DNA of 64,000 nucleotides, taken from contig CAWGMQ010000003.1 in NCBI GenBank assembly GCA_963823665.1, positions 672,001 through 736,000 of the forward strand, in the 5' to 3' direction. Within the stretch, counting starts at the first letter, position 1. Each line of letters opens with the position of its first letter. The stretch is from an uncultured Planctomycetota bacterium. GTDB taxonomy: Bacteria > Planctomycetota > Planctomycetia > Isosphaerales > Isosphaeraceae. The position numbers and the translations under genes were made by a program. Positions 10,971 through 22,245 of the stretch are shown one piece after another. The notes beneath the pieces were generated by a model. That model did no database searches. It was not told where the DNA came from and saw only the letters and a list, made by a program, of their open reading frames with translations.

Positions 10971-13900
10971 TCAGCGGAGTCGATCGATCAGCGCGTCGAG
11001 CTGCGACTCGGTGAACTGATCGACGTGCAAATTGTCGAGCAAGAGTTCGCCGTGGGACGGCTGCCACGGACCAATGAGTTGCTCCTGCTCGTTCTCAGTC
11101 ATCAAGGGAAGGTCGGCGAGGCGCCGGTTCGGTTCGAGAGCCATCGCCTCGAGTACGGTCCGGAGGTGCCCGAGCATTCGCTCGATGGCGCATCCTTCGA
11201 ATCGCGCGCTGTCGAAACCGATCTTGATCAGCAGCTCGATGCCCGGCAGGACTGTGACCGTGAGCGGGAAATGAGTTCTCTCCACGTAACGCGCTGACTC
11301 GATGCCCAGCACGGTGGCGCAGTTCTTGCAGCGAGGCCACGAAGGGGAGGTTCTGGACGATCACGAGGCTCTCGAAGAGGGGCACTCCTGCCGGCAGTTC
11401 GCTCCAGGTTTGAATACGCGAGAGCGGGACTGCCTCGAACCGCCGCAGCTCGGCCATGGTCGCCTGAATATTGGATAGCCATGGGATCAAGGAGGCCGCT
11501 TCGGTCACCGCGACGGGAAGCGGTAGGGAGTTGATGAACAGGCCGACGATGGATTCCACGCCCGGCAGCTCTGGCGGCCGACCAGAGACCGTGACGCCGA
11601 AGACGACTTCGCCCCGGCTGCTGTAGCGCGAGAGGAGAAGAGCCCAGGCACCCTGGATCAGGGTGCTGAGCGTGAGCCGATGCGCCCGACCGACCGCCTG
11701 GAGTCTGCCCGTGACATCCGCCGGAAGCGCGGTCTCACGGTCGTCGAACTTCCGGCGCGATGGGCTGCGTCCTTGCGACGAGATGCTCTCGAGCCCAAGC
11801 GGCGTTGCCGCTCTAACTCCTCTCAGAGCCTGCCGCCAGAATCCTTCAGCTTCTTCATCGTCACGATCTCGCAGCCAAGCCACGTAATCGCGAAATGGCC
11901 GAACTGGTTTCAATCGGGGCTCGTTCCCGCCGCGAATCGACTCGTAGCTCTCCAGGACCTCGTGGAGCAGAACCGAGAGGCACCACCCGTCGATCACGGC
12001 GTGATGGATGCTCCAGATGAATTCGTGCAAGTCGTCTCCGAGTCTAACGATCGTCGAGCGCGACAAAGGAGGCTGCGAGGGAATGAATCCGCGTCGACGA
12101 TCCGAATCGAGATAGGCCGCGAGACGCTCTGACTGCTCAGAGGGCTCGAGCCCTCGCCAGTCCCGGTATTCGATAGGATGCTCCACATGACGGTGGACGA
12201 CCTGGTAAGGCCGATCGGAATCGGCCCAGTGGATGGTGGTCCGAAGAGCAGGATGTCGCGTGAGCAGTCGATTCCAGGACTCTTGTAGGGCAGACGGGTC
12301 GAGCTCGCCGCGAAGCCGGCAAACGAACTGCTCGACGTAATGTCCCGCCTCGGGATCGGCAAGCGTATGAAAGAGCATTCCTTCCTGCGTCGGCGTGAGG
12401 GGATACAGATCCTCGATACCGCCGCACTCGGCGAAGGCGCGATCAACCGCCTCGAGATCAAGACCCTCTGGCGCAAGCTCGAACGGAGCGATTGCGGATG
12501 CCGAATTCACGCTCGAGTCTTGATAACTCAAGTTCGGCAGGGCGGCGCCCGCCAACTCGGCGATGCTCGGGTACCGGAATAAGTCCGCAGGGTCGACGGC
12601 GAGGCCCGCTTGCCGTGCTCGCGATACCATCTGGATTCCGAGGATCGAGTCGACGCCGATCTCGAAGAAATTGTCATGGATGCCGACGCGGCTCCGGCCG
12701 AGCAAATCTGCCAGGATCCCGGCCCAGATCTCCTCAGCTCTTGTACGCGGCGGGGCGTATTCGCTGAGCCTCGCCATCCCGTTCAAGCGCGGCGGGAGGC
12801 CAGAGCGCTGATCGGTCGAGCTTGCCGTTCGGCGAAACCGGTAACGCTTCGAGGAAAACGTACGATGACGGCACCATCGGCTCGGGCATTTTGTCATGCA
12901 TCCAGCGCCTGAGCTCTGACGTCGTTGGGTAAGAAAGCGTGTCGGGCACCAGATAAGCAACAAGGCGGTTCTCGCCATGGGAATTTTTCAGAACCGAGAC
13001 GACCGCTTCTCGCACACCCGGATGTTGCACCAGCACGGCCTCTACCTCGCCGAGCTCCACCCGGAAGCCCCGGACCTTGACCTGAGCGTCGCGCCGACCG
13101 AGAAGTTCCAGGACGCCTTCCTCGCACCGCCGCGCACGGTCACCTGTCGCGTACATTCGAGCACCCGGCGCAGCGTGCGGGTCGGGCACGAACCGCTCCG
13201 CTGTCTGACGCGGATTGGCGACGTAGCCGCGCGTTACGCCGGGCCCGCCGATGTACAGCTCGCCGATCACGCCCACCGGAGCCGGCTCGTGCCGATCATC
13301 CAAAACATACGTGCGCGTGCCGGGGAACGGGCGGCCAATCGGGACCGGTCCATCGGCGTCGCGGAGATCATCCGGCCGCTCCGTGAAGTAAGTGCTGTCG
13401 ACGGTCGTTTCGGTCAGGCCGTAGGAGTTGACCACTTTGCCGCCGGGTCTCATCAGCCGCCATAGCCGACGATACAGACTTCCGCGCAACGTGTCTGAGC
13501 CGACGGCCAAAAGTTGAAGGGTGCCCAAACCCTCTCGTTGCCGCTCGAGGTGGGCCGCCAGGGCGGCCGCGATGGCAGGGACCAGCTCGAGGCATTCGAT
13601 CCGTTCGCGGCGGATGAGATCGGCCAGCGCTGCGGGATCGAGCAAGACCGATCGCGGGCAAGCAACCAGGGTTCCGCCGGTGGTCAAGGCGCGGACCCAG
13701 TCGCCGGTGAAGACATCGAAGGCGAAGCCTGCGGCCTGGAGGTGCCGTCGCGGAGGCGAGCTGAGGTCGTAGGCTTCTTGCCAGGCGCTGCTGGCCGTGA
13801 GAATGCTGCTATGAGAGACCAAAACGCCCTTGGGACGCCCGGTGCTGCCGGAGGTATAGACGACGTACGCGATGTTCTCGCCGCAAACACGCACTTCGGG

Positions 13901-16900
13901 GTTCGCGGTCTCGATTCCCGCGGGCGATTGAACGAGGGCATCAAGCGCGACGACCAGGCTGGGGCATCCCGGCAGCCTTTCGCGCAGGTGCTGCTCGGTT
14001 ACCACCATGGTTGCTCCGGAATCCCGGAGCATGCCCACGAGTCGCTCTGTAGGATGCTCAGGATCGAGCGGCAAATAAGCGCCGCCGGCTTTCAAAACGC
14101 CGAGGACCCCCACGATCCGGGCGGGCCACCGGTCGAGGTAGAGACCCACAACAGTCTCAGGACGCACGCCCAGCGCGATCAGGCGATCGGCCAGCGAATT
14201 CGATAACCGATTTAGCTCACGGTACGTGAGCGATTCATCACCACAGACCAGCGCGACTGCGTCGGGCGTTCGCTCAACCTGTCTCTCGAAGCGATGATGG
14301 ATGGCGCGGTCGTCATCAGGAATGGCCGGCGCATGCGCCCACACGTCGAGCAGTCGATGCCGCTCTGAATCCGAGAGCAAGTCAAGATCCGAGAGCCGGC
14401 GCCCGGGATCCGCGACGATGGCTTCGAGCAGGTGCCGGAATCCCTGGGCCATGCGGTCGATCGTCGACGACTTGAACAGGTCGGTGCTGTACTCGATTGC
14501 GACACAGAGCCGGTCGCCGTTTCTGGCGGTCATCATTGTCAAATCGAACAGCGCGGTCTGTTTATCGAGTGCCATCGACTCGGCATCAAGCCCGTGCAGG
14601 TTCAATCTCGCGCCCGCAATGCCCAGCGCGAATGGCGCGAGGCCGGCGTCATCGAGGCGTTGAGCTTTCTGATGGGCGAACATGACCTGGAACACAGGCG
14701 GCCGGCTCGGGTCGGGATTTCCCTTGAGGCGATTGACGAGAAGGCCGAAGGGAAAATCTTGGTGTTCAAGGCCGAGGGCGACTGTTCGGCGCACCTGGTC
14801 GAGGAGTTGCTCAAACGGCGGGTCCCCGGAAAGGTCGCCCCGCATCGGCACCATGTTGACGAAGTAGCCGATCAGCCCCTCTAGACCCGGTCGGGTCCGT
14901 CCCGCGACCGGAGAGCCTACGAAGATGTCGTTCTGTCCTGTTAAACGCCCCAGGAAAACCTGAAAGGCTGCCAGCAACGTGGTATACAAGCTGATCCCGC
15001 GCGATTCTCCCAGGGCGACGATCGCCCGGGTCAGTGTCGGATCGATGTCGAAATGCTTGCTCGCTCCCTTGTAGCTCTGGAAGGCGGGCCTCGAGTAGTC
15101 CGTCGGGAGGTCGAGCACAGGCAGGGGCCCCGCGAGCTGTTGCTGCCAGTAGGCCCAGTGGCGCCGGCCCTCTGCGCTCGCCAGCATATCGTGCTGCCAG
15201 CGCGTGAAGTCCGCATAGCTTGATCGCGGGTGAAGCGACAGGGCGGTGCGACCTGCGCATTCCTCGGCGTATGCCTTTCCAAGGTCGTCGACGAGCACTG
15301 CGATCGACCAGAAGTCGGCGATGATGTGATGAACGACCAGGAGAACAACGTGCTCTGCCGCCGATCGGCTCAGAATATGGATGCGAAAGAGTGGCCCGTT
15401 CTCGAGATCAAAAGGAGCGCGAGCCCGCTCGAGAAGCTTCTGATTGAGCTCGGCCTCGTCTCGGCCATCCAGGTCTTCAATCGGGAGCCACCTGTCCTGG
15501 CGCTTTGCAAACTCGCTGGCATCGAGGAGGCGTAAGACTGGCCTATCGTCGACGGTAGCGAAGGTTGTCCGTAATGCGTCGTGGCGGGCGACGACGCGAC
15601 ATGACGCCCGTCGGAAGGCGCCCAAGTCCAGTTCCGCGCGAACGATTGCGGCCCCGGCAAGATGGTAGGCGGCGCCCTTGGGTGTGAATTGATGCGCGTA
15701 CCAAAGCAGTTGTTGTCCATGCGAAAGCGATTGACTGTCCTGATCTTGCACCGGCGGCGAGGATGTCTGGGACAATTGGGGCGAAGAGCCAGCAAGCTGC
15801 ACGCTCGCCCATTCGGCCAGCTCGCGGATACTGGACCCATCCATCAGCATCGACAGCGGAACCGTCGTCGCGAGCCCAGCATCAATCTGGAGCTTCAACT
15901 CCATCAAATTCAGTGAGTCGAGTCCCAAGCTCAAGAACGGCAGGTCGCGATCGACCTCTTCGGGCCGGATTTCAAGCGGGGCGGCAACCTTTGTCGCCAG
16001 CCAATCAGCGATCGCATCGCGGGAGGGCGAGCCGGAACCGTTTCGCGCTGCGCGTCGTTCAATGAGGCCGTCTGATCCCGCGAACTGCGAGGTTGTCGGT
16101 TCATCCGGCCGTGTCCACTCGGCGATGAGATCGAGCGAACCGGCCAGGAAGGCCTCGCGGCAGACGTGGCGCTGTACTTTGCCGCTTGACGTTTTCGGCA
16201 GAGTCAGCGTCTTGATCAACCGAATCGCATGGACGTCGATGCCGTGTTGCTCGGCAACTGAGCGCCGAATCGATGTGATGATCTCGCTCAAAGCAGCCTG
16301 ATCGCGAGCCCGCTCACTCTCCTGGACGATCGCGAGCCGCTCAGTTCCACCGATATCGACCGCGAAGGCGGAAGTGCCGCCGGCGCAGAGCGCCCTGTGG
16401 CAGCGCTCTACCGTCCACTCGATGTCCTGCGGATAGATGTTTCTGCCACGCAGTATGATCATGTCCTTGAGTCTACCGGTAACGAAAAGCTCGCCATCTT
16501 TCAGGAAGCCGAGGTCGCCGGTGCGAAGGAACGGCCCGTCGCTGTCGTCAAGCATCGCCCGAAAGACTTTCTCTGTCTCCGTGGGCTGCTTCCAGTAGCC
16601 GCATGCGACGCTCGGACCGGTTACCCAGATCTCGCCGACGCGATTTTGAGCGCACGGCATGCTTGTCGCGGCATCGACGACAACGACGCGGTGGCCGGCG
16701 GCGACCTGACCGCTGCCGGCGAGCTGTCTGCCCTCGTTGACGCGCTTTGTCTCGGCGATCTCATCGCGCCCGAGGGCAGCGGCATCAACCGAGAGGACGA
16801 CCGGGGAGTGGCCCGGCGCGCTGCCCGAGACAAGCAGCGTTGCCTCGGCGAGACCGTAGCAGGGGAGAAACGCCTCCCGGCGAAAACCGGCAGGCGCAAA

Positions 16901-17849
16901 GGCGTGGGCAAAGCGGTCGAGCGTGTCCGGGCGGACGGGCTCTGCGCCGTTGAACGCCACGCTCCAGCGACTCAGGTCCAGTTCAGAACGCTGCTCGGTC
17001 GTCGTCTTCTCGACGCACAGATCATAGGCGAAGTTGGGCGCTCCGCTGATCGTGGCGCCGGTGCGTGAGATGGCTTGCAGCCATCGCAGCGGGCGCTGAA
17101 GGAATGAGACCGGCGAGATGAGGGTGCTTGATCCGCCACAGTAGATTGTCTGGATCACACCGCCGATCAGTCCCATGTCGTGAAACAGCGGTAACCAGAA
17201 GACCCCGCGACTTTCGGCCGTCGAACCGAAACTCGCCCGGATCCGCGCTGAATTCTCGAGCAGGTTGGCATGCGTGATCATGACTCCCTTGGGCGCAGCG
17301 GTCGATCCCGAGGTGTACTGGAGAAACGCGAGCGAGTCTCCGCGCGCCGGATCTTTCCAGGCGCTCTCCGAACTGGGCGAGGTTGCCGGCCTCCTCATCC
17401 GTGGCGAGGCGGTGCAGGCCGTGGATCTCGGGCACGCCGATCTCCCACCGGGTCGCGTTGTTATGCTGGGAAGAACTGGTGAGGACGGTGCATGGCTCGG
17501 CGTCTCTGACGATGGCTCGTAGTCGCGGCATCGGGCGGTTGATCTTTGGCAGATGAGCTGGCACAGCCACGACTCCGGCGTACAGACAGCCAAAGAACGC
17601 CGCGATGAACTCGAGCCCGCTCGGGTATAGCAAGAGCGCGCGACCGCCGCTCAGGCCGAGGTTCTGCAACCGGACAGCGATGGCCCGTGCGCGGCGGTCG
17701 AGCTCACCGCGCGTCATTGTCGCCGCCACGCCATCTTCACCGTCTGGGAGAAAGGCAAAGAGGGCCGCGTCGGGATTCTCGGCGGCCCGCTGGCGCACCA
17801 GATCCACAAGGCTGGCACATTCGGACTGTGTCTCTTGGTGTGCAATCAT
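10971..17849 (-). CDS. NRPS 1: FAAL-ACP-C-A(Orn-like)-T-C, split into four ORFs by three apparent frameshifts (~17360, ~12800, ~11315)
   Basis: FAAL motifs (LLYPSGLEFIAAFFGCLYAG, FLQYTSGST, WLPLFHDMGLIG, LPKTSSGK), ACP LGLDSL, C domain HHIIADFWS, A code DVGEAGSVD, T domain GVDSI and C domain HHAVIDGWC. The pieces 17022..17993, 12734..17593, 11095..12978 and 10971..11312 join colinearly. Confidence 0.9.
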
Positions 17850-17853
17850 CGAA

Positions 17854-18060
17854 TCACCCCGCTTCGACCATCTGCTTTCTGAGGCTCTTCGGACGCATGT
17901 CAGTCCAGACCCGTTCGATGTACTCCAGACACTCATCCTTGGGGCCATCCTTGCCAACGCCCCTCCAGCCAGACGGAGGCTCACGATCGGCAAACCAGAT
18001 TGAGTACTGTTCTTCGTCGTTCATAACCACCTGATAAGATCTATTATCTTCTGTAGTCAT
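17854..18060 (-). CDS. mbtH: MbtH-like NRPS accessory protein
   Basis: NDEEQYSIW...PSGW...CLEYIERVWTDMRPKSL matches the MbtH signature. Confidence 0.97.
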   Translation of the reverse strand: MTTEDNRSYQVVMNDEEQYSIWFADREPPSGWRGVGKDGPKDECLEYIERVWTDMRPKSLRKQMVEAG

Positions 18061-18119
18061 TGTATGTTCCTTCGAGTGTCAAATTGAGTTGACTCACTTG
18101 TTCGTCCAGGGCCTGCCAA

Positions 18120-18135
18120 AGCAACACCCGTACCA
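18120..18135 (-). promoter_or_regulatory. Sigma-54 (-24/-12) promoter of the mbtH-NRPS operon
   Basis: Minus strand TGGTACG-GGTG-TTGCT matches TGGCACG-N4-TTGC, about 60 nt upstream of mbtH. Confidence 0.75.
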
Positions 18136-18423
18136 AAGAGCATCAGTGACGCGTTTCCCGCGACCGTGGCCGAAAAAAGCACCGTCTAAACGCGTTTCCG
18201 AGCGTCAATCGGAGGAGAGCAGCGTCTGTCGCTCCGATCCAGGGTGTGTTCAGCCAATATAGTTAAGCGTGAGGGGGGGACGGCTGGCCGGTTCTCAGCT
18301 TCAGGTGCGCGAGTGGCGGCGGGCGACTGATCGAAAAAGCGGTGGTGAGAATCTCCGCCATTTCATGAGGCTGCGCCAGGCACTCGCGAGCGATCACAGA
18401 AGGCGGCGGCCGACGGGAATACC

Positions 18424-18471
18424 GATGTGACACGGCAAGTTAATTGCCCGGTTGATGGGAACATTTGCGCA
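18424..18471. promoter_or_regulatory. Putative enhancer (UAS), copy 1
   Basis: 37/48 identical to 20621..20668 and contains the palindrome GGCAA-GTTAA-TTGCC. Confidence 0.55.
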
Positions 18472-18671
18472 TTGCGCGGGTGCATGTCGAGCCCGTTAAC
18501 GCCGGAGCCGACATGGGAAGCGATTCCGGAGGGGACAATCTCCTGAATAATAACGAAGCGGGGCCGGTCGACGACGCGGTGGTATTTGCGATCACATATT
18601 ATACAGATGTGATAGCGCACGGAATCATTGGCAAATAAGGCCACGCACACCCGCGAACTCATCACGTGCCG

Positions 18672-19154
18672 TCATGTTTGAGCGCGGGCCGGCATCAACG
18701 TTGTTGACAGATTTTCGGGGAAATGATGGGCCGCCGCTGCGGGCGAATCATGCTGAGCTTGCCCATCCCCGAGGAGCTTCCACACGACGTACCTCGTCAA
18801 AAAGTCGACTGTGAACAGGTCGTCGATCCGGTTCAGGCGCGGGTCGCGCTCGAGCGCACTCAAATCAGCAAAGGGTATCCGCGAACGCAGTGCGGCGAGA
18901 TCCTCGGTGGTGGCGCGACCGTCCCGGACGATCTTCGTGCAGAGCTCGAGAACGTGCTCGGAGAACAGCTCGCCGCGCGGAATCTTGATCACGAACGCGC
19001 GCTCGAGCCGGAATGCGATGTCGAGGAAGTCGATCGATTCCGCGCCCAGATCCGCTTGCAACGCTGCGGCTGGCTTGATGGCGTCTTCCTCGACTCCGAG
19101 TGCGTCCACGAGCACCTTGGTGATTTTGGTATAGACTTCGTTCGACGATGGCAT
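18672..19154 (-). CDS. Stand-alone acyl carrier protein (planctomycete type)
   Basis: LVDALGVEEDAIKP...DLGAESIDFLDIAFRLE with a phosphopantetheine Ser motif. Confidence 0.85.
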   Translation of the reverse strand: MPSSNEVYTKITKVLVDALGVEEDAIKPAAALQADLGAESIDFLDIAFRLERAFVIKIPRGELFSEHVLELCTKIVRDGRATTEDLAALRSRIPFADLSALERDPRLNRIDDLFTVDFLTRYVVWKLLGDGQAQHDSPAAAAHHFPENLSTTLMPARAQT

Positions 19155-19203
19155 GGGCTAGGTCCTTCAAAAGAGGCTGAGGTCGAAACAATGGAGATCG
19201 CTG

Positions 19204-20337
19204 CTACGGGTGCGGACATTGTTCGCGAGGTCCGTGTTCTTGGCCAGGCGGTGCGGCGCTCCTTGAATGGCCAGTGGATTGATCATCGATCAACCGGGCG
19301 GATTTGCTGCCGGAGTGCTCGATGAGGATGCGCCCTACCTCCGCAACCACGTTGGTATCATTCACGCAAAAGTGTGAGCCGTGCACGATCAACTCCGAGG
19401 CGACGCCGCCCAGATGCGAGCTTCGATAAGGAACGATCCCGTCGGTGCCACCGGGTCGTGGCGAGTCGCGGAGATCGGCGATGACCGAGTGTGAGCGGAT
19501 CGACTCACCTATGCCCAGGTCGCAGATCTTCAAAAGGAGCGGGTGTCCCGGTGCGAGCTCACCGACGCTGGATGGGAGCCGGTCGCGCGACGCTGCGATA
19601 AATATGCTGGAATTATTGGCCGATAACAGGACTTCACACGCTTGACTGAAAGGGTCTGGTCGCCGACAGAGTTGTAAGCCCACTTCTTGGAACCGGCCGC
19701 CGGCAAGCGGGCTGCCGCGATGTGGGGTCGCGATGAAGATGAGCCGGCGCACCTCGGGCACTGGTTCGTAAAAGAACGCTTGCCGCATGAGCTGACATTC
19801 GTCTCTTGGGCCGATTACCTGGTCAATTGGACGCGTGCAGACACTCTGCCAGAGCCGCGGTCCGCCGCTTTGCACCATCATCTTCGCCAGGATGCCGCCA
19901 AGGCTGTGCCCCACGACGACCATGCGGTCGAAGGCTGCGTCCGTACGATCGGGATCAAAGACTCGACGCGTCCGCCGCAAGGACTGCCGCAGCAAGTGGG
20001 CCGAGTAGAGGATCGAGTCACCGCTTGCGTAGCCGACGGTCCAGAATTGAAACCTTGCCCGGAGTGCAGGGTCAGCCTCGAGGCGCTCGATCATCCGGTC
20101 CCAGTTCCGTGGGCTGCCACAGAGACCATGAACAAAAACGACAGGAACCTTGCCTCGTTCGTAGGGCCGGCGCGACTCGATCCGGCACACGTCAGAACCC
20201 GCCATCTCCTCGCCCGGTCGCAGGGCGCTGGTCCGATCTGAGTTGGTGCTGATCCCGGGCAAATCACTGGCCGCACTGAGTGCGGTTGCAACAAGCACTA
20301 CTCCCGCCGCCCAAAAGCAACGAGTCAAGGTGATCAT
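19204..20337 (-). CDS. Secreted alpha/beta-hydrolase (esterase/lipase family)
   Basis: Signal peptide-like N-terminus, PVVFVHGL, GHSLGG nucleophile elbow, FIATPHRGS, DGIVPY and a C-terminal His. Confidence 0.85.
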   Translation of the reverse strand: MITLTRCFWAAGVVLVATALSAASDLPGISTNSDRTSALRPGEEMAGSDVCRIESRRPYERGKVPVVFVHGLCGSPRNWDRMIERLEADPALRARFQFWTVGYASGDSILYSAHLLRQSLRRTRRVFDPDRTDAAFDRMVVVGHSLGGILAKMMVQSGGPRLWQSVCTRPIDQVIGPRDECQLMRQAFFYEPVPEVRRLIFIATPHRGSPLAGGRFQEVGLQLCRRPDPFSQACEVLLSANNSSIFIAASRDRLPSSVGELAPGHPLLLKICDLGIGESIRSHSVIADLRDSPRPGGTDGIVPYRSSHLGGVASELIVHGSHFCVNDTNVVAEVGRILIEHSGSKSARLIDDQSTGHSRSAAPPGQEHGPREQCPHP

Positions 20338-20479
20338 TACGAGATCCTTCGATCGGTCATTCTGCGTTTCCTGGAAGCTGTTTCTGCCTTCGCTCTTCCT
20401 AAGCGTGACTGCAGGTCATCGGCCGTGGTCCGGAAGGCTCGGCGAGCGAGGCGCTGACCCATATGCGGGCCAGGACAAG

Positions 20480-20494
20480 GCAACAGGCGTGCCG
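20480..20494 (-). promoter_or_regulatory. Sigma-54 (-24/-12) promoter of the hydrolase-ACP operon
   Basis: Minus strand CGGCACG-CCTG-TTGC, about 140 nt upstream of the hydrolase start. Confidence 0.7.
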
Positions 20495-20620
20495 GAGGTG
20501 AGATATGTTCTGGCTGGCGCTATACTGGCCCCAAGACCACTCGTATTCCCTTCCGTCAGGTCATCTGAGCGGCGGAGACACGGACCAGAGTGGTCGATAG
20601 CGGCGGATCACCGCACAAGC

Positions 20621-20668
20621 GATGTGGGCCGGCAATTTATCTACCCGGCTGACGGGAACATGTGCCCA
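20621..20668. promoter_or_regulatory. Putative enhancer (UAS), copy 2
   Basis: gatgtgggccggcaatttatctacccggctgacgggaacatgtgccca, 37/48 identical to 18424..18471 and about 130-175 nt upstream of the -24 box. Confidence 0.55.
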
Positions 20669-20723
20669 CGCCGCCGGTTCCAGTTCGCGTGTGGTGACCG
20701 GCGGGTACCCGAGCGCGAATGCC

Positions 20724-22187
<1,464 letters not shown>

Positions 22188-22245
22188 AGGGCAAAGAGAT
22201 CTGGAATGACCTGTTCATTGTACGAGGCTATCACGAAGCGGTTCC

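Noticed and set aside
10971..17849. Programmed ribosomal frameshifting in NRPS 1
   Set aside because: There are no slippery heptamers at the breaks and similar indels occur throughout the window.
75..18060. Calling the NRPS product a siderophore
   Set aside because: Orn-like codes and a PvdE-type exporter are compatible, but I see no ornithine hydroxylase, acyl/formyltransferase, TonB receptor or Fur box in the window.
18363..18665. 100-aa ORF between ACP and mbtH
   Set aside because: No recognisable motifs, and it overlaps the putative enhancer, so it is better explained as regulatory DNA.
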